A DNA stretch of 64,000 nucleotides from Balanoglossus misakiensis (taxonomy: Eukaryota; Animalia; Hemichordata). The notes under the pieces are model-generated. The model did not search any database, was not told the origin of the DNA, and saw only the letters and a list, made by a program, of their open reading frames with translations. Positions 14,059 to 26,766 of the stretch are shown one piece after another; position 1 is the first letter of the stretch, and the number at the start of each line of letters is the position of its first letter. Where the stretch lies: the NCBI GenBank assembly GCA_040954595.2, contig CM082593.2, forward strand, positions 3,427,434 to 3,491,433. Reading direction: 5' to 3'. The translations under genes were made by a program, and so were the position numbers.

Positions 14059-16491
14059 TCATGAAAGTGGGATATTGATGCTGTATGCCACAACATATTT
14101 TGATATGTCGTGTTTTAGGTGAGTCTCTGGAATTTGATATTTTCTAGTGCATCAAAGTTGTTCTAACGCTTATACAGTTACTAGGAATGGACACAATTAA
14201 CAACTGCATGACGTTGTTATGTCACTATTCTCTGAGATTCCGATGCCGTTTATGTCACAGCGCGCAAGATAAATTTTGAGCAACCTTTTGACAAATACAT
14301 GTTGGCATGACTGGTTTGTGTTTGAATGGTTGATGATGAGACGAATTAACTGACCGGAAATTAAGCCGTGAGACAAGACTTGTCTTAGGGACAATCTCGA
14401 AGGTTCTCGCTATACATGTATTGCATACACGGTATAGATGGTGGGAGACTTTCTATGCATATATTCAATAGGGTCTGCCATCAATACCTTCACCTATCAA
14501 TTGATAATTGTAGTCACTCTTTGAAAATTTGAGTAAATCATGATTGCATTGCCACGTCTTGCGATGCCCTTCACCTGAAAGCACTCAACGCAAACGGCCG
14601 AGAAACACTCTTTTTCGCCAGACACGTGTGCACATCGGGAGAATGGCGTTCCCATGGCGACTCCCCGCATCGGCGTTAATGAGAGATGTCGTTTGAATGG
14701 GAGGCCTGCTGAACAAGCGTGTAACATGAGGTGCGCTCACAAAAACCTGACATGACGCAATTGTGAGGATGAAAGTAAACGGTAAAGAAATCACGCTGCG
14801 AACAATGTAATTTCCCGCCACTCTTCGAACCGGCATCTTTTTTTCTTTTTGATCGTCTTTCTTCATTTCACCTGCTTGGCTCCTTCTAGACTTTCCGCGA
14901 CGCAGTCTTTTAATCCCGCTCAAATTTATTTCCCATCCACCTTCCCAAACCAGTATGAATAATTAACGACTCTGTTCATTAGCTTATCGCCAACAATGTC
15001 GTTTCTTTCAATAGGGGACAACTCGCAGAACATGCTCTGGGGTTGTCACGTACATTAGACGCACCACCGGAAGCTAAGCTCTCCCCGAATTTCCTGTTTC
15101 ATTAGCAGCCCACTCATGAACCGTGTCCTTCTGCTTAACTTTGCCACAGGTATACAGGCCTACATCTTTCCATGCCAAATCATCTGTGAGTACAAGAGTC
15201 CATTGCTTGAAGGTAAAAACTGTGTATACTACCATTCTATTCATCATTCAACTTTTGCATTTAGATTATGTCGGATAAAGCATTTTCCATCGCAGATATT
15301 GAATAAAATATCATGAACATTTTAAAAATAAAGATATTTCCCTACTGTTGATCTGTAGAAGTCAAAACCTAAGTGAGAGTAAAAGCTTTGCGATACTCCT
15401 AAAGATGATGTTGCTCGTCTTATTTTTACGGTATTTAACTTTTTTATGACAGCTATTGAGCTATGTTTGTTATTTTTTTTCTTTTCAATTTATGTACGCA
15501 TGCAGGTGTATTAAACCTCGTGGAAAATTTACCATTGAACAGTCACCTCTGATATTCAAGGCAAACCTAAGAATAGTCCTGCAATCTGGCGTAACTTCCT
15601 TGACGTCTGTCCGAGAAAATCCTTCCATATCCTGGGGACTATGGATTGACATTTCCGATGAGCAAGGTGAGTTCGTGATATTTCAGAAAGTTGTGTGCCA
15701 TTCCCTGGACAGGTTTGCTTTGAAATTCAAGCAGAGCGCTTTTGGTGGTGTGGGCCACCGTGTTTAGAGTGACGTACATGTTACGCTCAAAATTGCATTA
15801 TTTACGAGCGTAGATTCGGTGATGTAAAACAAGACACCGGCTGTGCAGCGTTTAATTCCTGGCGGGTCATTCTATGCATCTTATAGAACACGGCGTAACC
15901 GGCCTCACCCCCGCACCATCGCATCTGCTGGGAACACCTGTGGATGTCATCCGCTATACGCGAAGGGGCCGCGTACGCATGCGTGCTGCGTCACGCGAAG
16001 GCTGGTTTCTCACTTCCACGGCGACTCTCCGTGTATGTGTTCACTTCAAGATTCTGTCCGATGATACACAGGTGAGAATTCTTGTATTTAAGTTTGCGAC
16101 TTTTTACTGAGCAATCAGTAAAAAAACACGTTGCAGTCTTTTTCCTGGAAAGTTTGGCCGGGAAATCTCCCGGCGAAACACGAGTAACGGTAAACCAAGA
16201 GTCGGATGGATTCTTGTTGCTCGTACAGGCTTCATTTTGCTCTCCTTGTCCGGCTTCGGGAACCGATCGGCTCCCACGCGAAGTTAATTGCAATCGGCAA
16301 TTGCGCTTCGTCGGGGCTTCAGTTCTTTTCACCACGGGACCACTTGTCCTTTGTGGATGTTCATATCAGATTCTCTGACGCAAGAGATTCTACTTTTCGA
16401 GTACATGTAGTTAGAGATTTTCCTGTCAACTGCAAGCGGTGTCCTAGTGTCGTCCGTCATCGACCAGGCATCCGCGGGCGTTTTTCTCGTG

Positions 16492-16576
16492 TGCCATCCA
16501 CTGAAAATCTGTGATTGGCTAGATCTCAATTTGCCATGGTAACTGTAGCTATATTTGCATATGTGACCGTATACCA
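16492..16576 (+). repeat. Partial copy of the same MITE family (3' half)
   Basis: ccactgaaaatctgtgattggctagatctcaatttgccatggtaactgtagctatatttgcatatgtgaccgtatacc aligns without gaps to ~41532-41609 with few mismatches. Confidence 0.8.
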
Positions 16577-19500
16577 GTACAAGTAACGTGTGAAAACAAA
16601 GCACGCCACTGGAGCTTGCCAGCGATCATCGCACGTGTTCAATCCTTGGCTAGCGCATTCAGTCACCTGACGGAATACACGTTTAATGTTCGCGAGATGT
16701 ATCATTCCTATTTCACGCAAGCGCTGCTTCTTTGTCCATGCACATCGACGAATTTATCAGGTCAGCGATTTCACGTCAATATCTCAATGTTCAGTGAGTG
16801 GAACGTTTGCATGAATAATTAACTGTTTCGATGGTCACGGTTTGACGTTCAAGGACAAGGCCTATTCAAAGTTTGGCGACGATCTCCTCCAAGGTTGTTT
16901 TGTCTCACTACAAGTTCTGTGCATTCCGTTTAATATTTTTTGCATGAACCTGCCAGTTTTAATTATGCTATTAGCACGGTGAAAGATCGTGTGATGGGTA
17001 CATATTCCTTGACGTTGCGTTTCTTGTGAAAGTGAGAAAATGTTCGGCCAGCCGTGGACTCTGTGATTCGAGATGAATACGTAGGTAGAATATAAGGCAG
17101 GATAGCCCAAATCACAAGTTGGCACATTCGCATAAGTACGCATGCATCAGTTGTTTTGTTAACCATACATCTAATGGAATGAAACTCAAAGTTCTGTTTA
17201 ATCATCGGTTATATAAGTTTGTGCCTATACAGACGGGCAACTCAAACCTTATAGTCCGTAAAAGTGGGAGAAATTCTCACTAGAATCATACAATTCTGTT
17301 CACGTACAGATTTGTTGTAGCATAACCATTCACGTTTTGGAAAGGAGGGGACCCCGCGTGGATATACCTGCGTACTTTAGGGTGCATTGGAGACTACATA
17401 TACCTAGGCGGTATATCTTTGAGTGGGTACGTCAACATCGGCTTTGTTTGCACTTCATCTACCGGGTCCCGAGTTGGCAATTAACTTTGATAAAATTGGG
17501 AAATATTTTACCACGACATGCGCAGTGGAATTAAACCGATCGATGCGAGCTGCCGACTGTCAACAATATATCGGCTCCATCTTTATTGGATCATCCGCTA
17601 TTCATTAAAGCTGTCTTTGAACATGACGTCTTTCACTGTTCAGGAAATTCTGCTAAATTGACGATTCATTACAACCCGGATTTTTTAGCTCTTTTTGTCC
17701 GCTTAACTAGGCGAGTCCCTGTCAAAATTATTTGTACACACAAATTTATGTGAAAATGGCGGGTTTAATTGTTCAGATCTCGACGGCAAACAATAATGAC
17801 GTCATTCTTGCGAATCTATCGACTCCCAGATTTGACAAAAAGGTCAACGGTCAGTGTGCCTACAAAGGAACGTTTGCGCATTACATGACCGACGATAGGT
17901 CTTCCTTAATTGAGGGCGTAATCTTGGATGAAGTCGAGTTCTATACGTCAAAGGCACGTAGTCACTTTAACCATAGACAGTGGAAGGGCAACGTGAAAGC
18001 AGAGTGTCTGAAACCAAACCATCCTAATACGGGAGGGACGGTGTTGGAACACACTATAAGAACAGGTGCCATTTAAGTGTCTGAATTTCCTGCGTTCTCT
18101 TGAGTTTTCAATTTTGAAGGTAAGCCAAACAGAAATAACCCGTATAAACTTGAGTCGATTCCGAGCGACAGAAAAACCATCGCCAGCAGTGATAGGTTTG
18201 CCAACCACGTCATCACCGAACCCGAACACGCGTCGTGAATTCAAGCGTTACCAAGATACGAGTGCGGATTTTCCAAACGGCGCACTTTATTTTCCCACGT
18301 TTGTACAGAATTCGTCAGCTGTGTCTCGAGCCGCTCCCAGAACGGGGCTTACAATTTTCTCACATCAGTGCTATCCGGCTATCCATAAATCCATTCCGAT
18401 AACACGATAAAACTTGTACAGCCGATGATGATCTTCATAACGACGTGATAAAACCTGAGTGGGGCCGTAACTCCGGCGTGAGTGAATCGATTTACTCGGC
18501 GTACTTCATGAGAAATGAAACAACTTGTTCATTGAAGTGATGGGCCGGTGACGTTTTAGATAAATTGTCTTCTAGAGCAGCTTTGCGGGGAGTAACGAGA
18601 CCCTGGAAATGTGCGCGAGGGCACATTAAAGTGGCCGTTAATGCCACGCATCAAATTTGACGAGTTTCAGAAATGAACGCGCGTAACGAACGGGATTGCA
18701 GTCGAGAATCCCTGTAATTATTTGACTGCCCCTTGTTGCTCAGAAGTATTTTAACTTTTTGTAGTTTCATGCTGGTTCAGACACAAAACAATGCATTTGA
18801 TGTGCACAGTAAATGCTTGGTCTAATAATCAGGGGATTACATCTCGTTTCAAAACTTGCACGGCAAAATCAGATTATTCAATACCAGATGGAGTTTTCTA
18901 GAGCATGTTTGAGACTGTCAGTTTGCCCTCGGCGACACAGATATTGCTAACAGTTTACGCTTTCATGGTGCTGTTATCCTGAAAACCGACTCTGTAAGAT
19001 AGAAACCGTGGTATCAGTCGCAAAGAGGCCGAGCTCGTAAACAAGATGGTGTCAGTTTTTCGCCAACTGTAGTTCAACACCTTAGATCTACTTACAAGGA
19101 GCACACGCGAGGAGTTTTATTTGCCCGGAGCAGGTATCATACACCGTTAACGTCAGATTCCACCCTGATCAAATAACCTGTCGCCACTTTAAGATATAGC
19201 TTCCAGACGTATCACTAACAACATCTTGCGAACGGATTTTCTTTTCAGACTTGTGCTCTGAATTACATTTTGGGAATTGAAAAATACGAAATAACAGTTC
19301 AATTCAAAGAAATTATTATTGTCCCATACATCGCAGCTGCGGTTGCCGCTTTGTCTGACGTCAGGTCTATCTTAGCGATATATGGCAACTGATGATCGCG
19401 TTGCTATGGAGACTTGACTCGCAGATGTCATTAACGCGCATCGTTCATCCTGTAATCTGTTACTCAATGTGGTTTTTATCTGCGCAGCTGATCGGAATCA

Positions 19501-22500
19501 TTCAAAAGTTGTCGACGTCGTTGATGACACGAAAGCACATGCAGAACTCGGTGTAACTTCTGCTCATCTCCGTGTTTCCTCCAGCAGCAAAGCAAAGTTT
19601 TTATCTGAAGCACGCGAAGTTCATGGTTTTCTCTCAAAGCAACGTCATATACGCCCTTTATCTGGTGCAAGCAAGTGATCACTTATACCGAAGATTGCAA
19701 TATTCGAATGTGACGTCAATAAACCCCACACCTTATAATATATATATGGCATACTAGTACCTAGTAGGCTAGATTGCATATTCCAGGAAACATAACATGT
19801 TTTATCAAGATTTCCGCTTTAGTAGCCGATTCGAATAATTTACATCAGTAATAGTCTTCAAAATAATTATTGCAAGAGCTGATAGCTATTTTTAACCCGG
19901 TAAAGCCATGCAACAGATTGCAACTTCACAGTATTATAAATGGTAACTATGTACAGTGGGTTTTCTTCGCATTTTTAATTTACCAGAAATTGTGAAAAGG
20001 TGTGAGTAATGAGTTTCGTCCGTCACAGATTAATCCTTATAACTGTTATCAAAGAATTAAAATGGCGCATGTCGCGCTCGTTGCTAACGAACGAATCGTG
20101 TCGATACTAGCAACCATTTCAAATTGGGACACTGGTTTATCAAGAACCGTAGCCAACGCCTTGGCGTAGGTGTGATAATGAGTATCGATCTAGTTGATTT
20201 ATAATTAAAGAGATTTCGCAGAAGACTACACCCGAAATAATTTTTTGCTTTTCCGCTTTGACGTCAGAGGGAACGTACTGAATCAGTCTACTTCGCGGTA
20301 ACGGGCTTTTAAAGTTAATTAACTATTATTGAAAAGTATTTAATACAATTCACTCTAGGAGAGATTTCTTGGTGTTGTTAATAAGAAAATAGTCTACATT
20401 ATTAGAGGTCATACTCAAATCAGGCTTGTAACCATTAAATGTACTAAAATGCATTACAGCTTCGATGATACTTCCATTAAGCAGTCATTATTTCAATTAA
20501 GTATTCACAGCATCCTTCCCATCGTAATCATCATCATCAAGTTTCTGCAAACGTAGATCTTTCACGCAATGTCAATTAAACAGGAGAAAGTCACGCAAAA
20601 CATAAGAGTCGCTTTTGCCCTGTAGGCTCATGTTTCGAGATATTAATATTTAGAAAATGATATTAACTCTAAAGGTCGACCTTTTAATGGTATAATACCA
20701 TAGTGACATCGCTTTAAGCCAACAACGCATGCGCATCCAATGCCTGATTTCTGGTAACTAAAACGAGAAGGTAAATATGAGATACTAGGCCCACAGCTTT
20801 CTCAGCTGAAAATCCGTGTGTTTCAACGTTCCTTAGAAATATGAATGTTTAATGCCAAATTTGCCTACTTTGAGAGCATTGACTGATGTAATGTACCGCT
20901 GAAATCCCACAAGCAACTCATTATGTGTAAAAGTCCGGAGTACTTGTTAGAAAAAGTCTGCGTACAAATTATTTTAAAATGTCATACAGTGTTGTAAATC
21001 TTTTATTCTAAAAAAAACTCTATTTTAAAGATCAGCTGTCTATCACGGCAAGGAAGAATGTGATATCGCTTACAGTGCGTGGGAATACAACGAAATTATC
21101 TACCGTAAACGAGAGATTTCGATCTAATCGTAAACGGAGATTGAAATCGCTTGATCCAGTCAGGCGGGTCGTCACGCGCACAACGACGACGCACGCACAG
21201 TCCCCCGCAATGTCAGCTGCCGTTCAGCTTAAGACAAAAACCACCGTGAGAGGCGCTGTGGTTGTTCTCCATCGGTTACCGTGATTCTATCCCATCTTGC
21301 AGTAATACAAGTAACGTCAAACTAAAGCCGCTGAGGCGGTGTCTGTCGTTTTATTGCCATGATTTGATAAGTATGAACTTTCGAAACACATTACCAGGCA
21401 AAACCTCGAGCTACAGTCCTGCAGCTATGTGGTACGAAAGAACATTTCTGCATTCAACAGCCAATGCTACAATACAGTTTGTTTTAAAACGTAATTGTAA
21501 AACATAGTCACTGATATTGAATTTAAAAGAATGCAGTAGCAAAACAAGAGGATAAAGTTTGCATGTATCTAGTTTAGAGTTTAATGTGGCCCAGCCATTA
21601 AACACAATATTCTCAAGTTGTCTGCCTCGTGAAAACACTGCCTAGTTGACGACAGCACGTGTCACTACTTACGCAGATCGATGGGTTTACAGCCAAGTGA
21701 TATCCAAGCAACTTGCCGATAAAGCTTATGCATGAAATTCAACCACGCTGCACTGAGCATGCTCCGCAGACGCCTCCGCGTCTATGTAAAACCTTGGCAC
21801 AGTAAGACCTGCGATAGATCGCTTGCATTCTCTCAGAAAACACCGACACGGGTGGCACGAAATCTTGCTATACCAGACGGAATTTCTCAGGTACGTTTAA
21901 GCATTCACGTCTTTATCATTCTACTTTTATCGAATTGAGTTGAACGTGATCCAGTGTTCGGCGTACTGGATAATAGTAAACTGATAAATATTTGATCCGT
22001 TGTGCGATGCTCTACATAATCCAAATACATTGTATATCATTCAATATTGTATTGGAGTACATGTTGTCAATAATATCCGCGTATCGGCACAGGAAAGCAA
22101 TAACCCACGTAAGTCATAAAATGAGCGGCAAACCAAATACTATATCGTACTCTGACATGTTTAAACTGGCTGCTGCAAGACGTTATGAGCACAGCAATAT
22201 CATACAACGTGTTTCCTTTGAGGAAGATGATCCAAAACTCAATGAAAAGAAGCGCGTGACTCGAAATATGTTTTCAACAGAAATGGTATGAATGCAACCC
22301 CGTGTGTTCTACTGTTTAATTCGCCTCAGCGTTCCTCGACACGTCTCGAGTGCATGCGAGATGCAGTGAACCAGAATGCCATGGCTTTATTGAACGTCCG
22401 TACGCAGACCCGACACATACATGTATACATATGAAATGCTAAACACGTGCGCGGAAATAGAAATGTGGTGATGTGTATAAGATGGCCCGATGTACAAATA

Positions 22501-22528
22501 GTGAAGTACCAACCGACTCATGCGTAAT

Positions 22529-22585
22529 AGATAGACAGACAGACAGGCAGGCAGGCAGACGGACAGACAGACAGAGAGACAGATA
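22529..22585. repeat. Compound (GATA/GACA/GGCA)n microsatellite
   Basis: agatagacagacagacaggcaggcaggcagacggacagacagacagagagacagatag seen directly. Confidence 0.85.
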
Positions 22586-25500
22586 GGTCGATTGATCGAT
22601 CTTTACTCAGATTGTGGCAGTAATTGTCCGGCGTTGAATTGTTTATATCGCATACTGGTCAAAACTGTTGCTTCTTGTTGAAAGGGATCGATCGGCGTGT
22701 CGAAACCCAAGAAACTGGTTTCAAGAATACCGTGTTGATACAGCAGGTGATATCGACCGTGTCTGTGAACACGAAAATAAAGGTCTGGATAGCTTTTATT
22801 TTTATTGGCGAGCTTGTCCACTTCCACAGGATCAGATCACTTGATGTCACCGTTGCCAAGCAGAGCCACTGTTTTCAATTAATTCCTCCGCGGATGTACA
22901 ACTGTTCAAACACAGTTCGAGAAATAGCATTTCTTGAGATTCACGGAGGCTTTTGCACTGGTGTTTTTTCCCCAATTGGGCGCCTTCATCAGAAGAGGGA
23001 AAGCTTACAACTGCACGAGCTGGCCAAGATTAACAGGGTTTCTATACGACACACGAATGCAAGCTGACGCATTCGTACCACGTGGTTTTCGTTGCGTGCA
23101 GTTGCGCAGTCTGCTAGAGCGCGCTCGTTGCCTTTCTTGTATACCCCTTGGGCAGAACATGTGTAGAAAACTCGTGCACATATTATTTTTCTGAATTTCA
23201 AAGTTGGACTTAGAGAAATTACAATTCTAAAAATATGCCACCTGATAGATTTGGTGATATATTACTTTAAGTGTTTACCACCGTAAGAAAACCATTATGT
23301 TAAAATGTTGACTCAGCATTTTAAAATCTTGTCATCTGCTACGTTCACAGGACCCTTTTCGGCATTTATAATACTAAGATCTGAATGTATGAGTTTCTGA
23401 GTTTAATAGTTCACTCATAGGTACTAATGAAATACTCGAGTGTATATGGTTCAGTAAAGACGATCAAAAAGACAATCTCAAGACAGTGACGGTGCGGTTT
23501 CGTTGGTGCAAATACAGAATATTCCCTCACGTAAAGTTACGGAGAGCTGGTGTGATTTCCCGGTCGGTGACGGAGAAAATAGCCCCGCAATTTCATTCGC
23601 ACGGCCTAGGCAATTAATTGTCCGACCAGGCTAATGTAAAATGCATTCATCACTTTCACAGAACGATTTTACCGCGAAAAATATCGCGCTGTTGGCGAGC
23701 GAACGAGTCTCAGAGGAAAGCAATCCGTTGATTGCATGATCACTGAACTAGTAAAAGTTTTATCATGTCACACAAGGCATCTAAAGTCAAGTGAAGCGAA
23801 CACGTGTTTGCATTTCTTATTTGAAAGTCAAGAGACACATTTCGGGCATCAATCAACCCACCAATTTCAGTTATATCGGACACCGCCCAAGAGAATGACA
23901 CGGAATCATTATCCTATTCAAATGAATATGGATTATATCTTCTAGCGAAGAGATTGCCGAAAAACAATCTATGTTTATGCTCTGCAGCGCGTGGAAACTT
24001 TTACAGGCCGCGTTGACTCGACCACGATCTCATAACCACACCACTCTGAATGTAAGAACACAAACATCAAAGATTTCGGATGCTCCCGCGCTCAGCACCC
24101 GAATCAATTGCGAAAAACTGTCGGCATTTTTTCCCTCCAAGACAAACCCGGATGAACGTTAAGAGAATCGCTTAATAAGCCCAGCGCCGAAGACCCCATG
24201 TAAATGATCGATATACCGGCGAATCAGGCCGACAAATAAGAACTCCGTGTGTGCCAGGATAGCCGAATGAAAATTGATTACCGGATCTAATAACGTCGAG
24301 AAATCAATCTCTCCCCTTATCATTTGTTCCCAATGAACGGAACGCCTGCACATCTGTTATCAGACAGGCGTAACGCAAAATACAGCCAATTCAATAGAAA
24401 CGAGATATACTTTAACGTGCTTTGAAACTATACACAAAACTTACTACTATTATATTAGTATCATGTTCGTAGAAAACGTCTTGTTTACAATGAGAAGAAA
24501 ATTGCGATCTGTCTATTCAAAAACGTACTAAGAACCACGATAATTAGAGACAGGGCGTAGCTGACGCGAATAATTTTGAAATGTACCATATCTGAATTAA
24601 TCCAGACGTTTATTGTGTGGTAAAAATGAAATTTATTGGCGTGGTCTACCCATAGATGAACACCTCTAAGTCAGCCATGCGCGAGACAGGTTTAAGTTGA
24701 ATGTATGATTGGCGCAACTGATTAATAAACTGGAGAGCGGAATGTTCTGTACCTATTTGTCTGCTGTCAGACAATTTATACTTCTTAAAGTGTCAGTGGG
24801 GACATTTTGAAAAATAAGATGTTGCCCTGGGATACATCATGAATCTTCAACTTAATTTATTCAAGGACGGGAAAGGTTGTGACAGAGTGACTCCGAGTTT
24901 ATCCTCAATTTAAGCTTGTGTGTGTTTTCTCACCGCGTGATTTCAAAATTCATGTAAAAATATTCATTTACGTCCTTGGGATGTCATGACTCTCTGAAAA
25001 AGGCGAAGTAAGCAAGCCTTTCCAACTGTCTGGTGGCTTACCAAACACCGATACCTGTACTCGCTTATTTATAATCCATGCATGTTCGATTGCTGCTCGC
25101 CCACGAATTCAGTGTAAGAGCGTGGAGTCGAGATCTACCTTCCATCGCCAAGTTTTGTTGCGCAGAAACGCTCTTCTCACAAGCTATCGGGACCATGGTA
25201 ACGCTAACCGACGCGTGTTGGCACGAATATAAAAAAATCGCAGAGCACAGTTTGGAAAACGTTCGTATACGTACCGTTCGTATTACTGCATAATCGGCGT
25301 CGCTAATTGAATACCTGTATCGTTTACACTGTATCTGCGTAGACATATTCTTTTTAATTACAAGTACACAAATCTGAATAAACTGAAACTGTCCTCTGAA
25401 CTTTTAACATGTATGACTTTTTAAACATTTATCTGATCGTAGATTTAAAAGGTGCCAGGTGGTATCAACTGAAAATTGTTTAAGTCACATCAATTGGCTG

Positions 25501-26711
25501 ATTTATCGCCGAGATAACCGCAATCGGTCACGTTTGATCAAAATTAATTTGCGTCTGGAGAGTTGTGTGAAGTGTGCGTGGAATCAAAACGACAAGTGTT
25601 ATGGCGTTGCCAGTTTATGTTTTACTACGATGAGGGAACATATTGTTTGTTTATTTGATCCCCTCGCCAATGCACACAGGAGCAGATATTGGGAACCTGC
25701 CATATCATGGAAGTCACATGAAATCTGATTGGTTGAAGCGTGGATTACTTCGATATAGAGTCCCGTGTGCACGGAAGGACCGTTCTAGATTGTCGTACTT
25801 TCCAAGAGCTCAGTCCAGTTTAAAGCCATCACACCTCGTTTTCTCTCGTTTAACCCATCACCCCGGCTATTTTCATTCCTATGCGCAATTGGAGTTGTAA
25901 TCACACTTTTAAACAGCCCAAGGTCAAATTCCTGTATATAATGACGAATACAATTTTCACGCTCTTACATGCACTTTATCAAAATTAATGTACAGAAGGT
26001 CAACGAAACAAAGGTGTTGCGATATAAATAGCAGAATCCCAAATTTTCCCCGCGAGAACTTGACATCCCTTTAGCGATACATGTAGCTATAAATGATTCA
26101 GCCCACGTTCTAGCTTTCATTAAATTGCCATGACCGGAGTAATACGCAGAATTGGCTGCAATATTCACGAGGCCACCGTTCTAATTTGTTTGACGACATT
26201 CCGGCCGTGTCGAGCGAGATCTGGTCCCTGAATTAGAGGTGCTACCTTGAGATATATGTGATTATAAGACCACGGGTCGATCAACGGTCATAAACTGCAG
26301 TATGGACAGGGAGAGGGCGCAACGTTTCTGTGACCATGTGACATGCAGTTGCTAAGAACTCGAGTTGCCGCTAGGAGAAAGTACGTGCGTCTGAGAATGA
26401 GATGAGAAGTATTAGTTATCCGTGAAGAATTATTTATGCTTCCAAAGTTTTCGCTCTCAGATACTGATAAAACACAAGTAAACCCGGTTAACGCCATGCA
26501 TGGTCGATCAGATTCTGCATTTAGACTGATTTATTGGATTTGTGCGTCTGTGGGTGCAAAAAAGCTGACAGTTGATGGCCTGAAATATTGAGTTGCTCAG
26601 GAAAACATATACGTGACGAAAAGCCGATTTCCGTCACCTGTTGGAAACAGCTAATAGAGAATGCGGGGATGTGTTACTGTCTGTAGTGGAAATTCAGCTA
26701 AACAAGCAAAC

Positions 26712-26766
26712 AAATAAGTGAATAAATATGTACATAAATACATAAATAGTACATAAATAAATAAAT
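26712..26766. repeat. Degenerate (AAAT)n simple repeat
   Basis: aaataagtgaataaatatgtacataaatacataaatagtacataaataaataaat seen directly. Confidence 0.6.

Noticed and set aside
15456-18410. Several 100-115 aa ORFs in CpG-rich sequence
   Set aside because: They overlap on both strands and show no homology cues or RT/transposase motifs; expected by chance.
22603-23201. Cluster of overlapping ORFs (up to 147 aa) next to a microsatellite
   Set aside because: No recognisable motif or consistent splice structure on either strand; could be UTR or promoter sequence, but this is unsupported.
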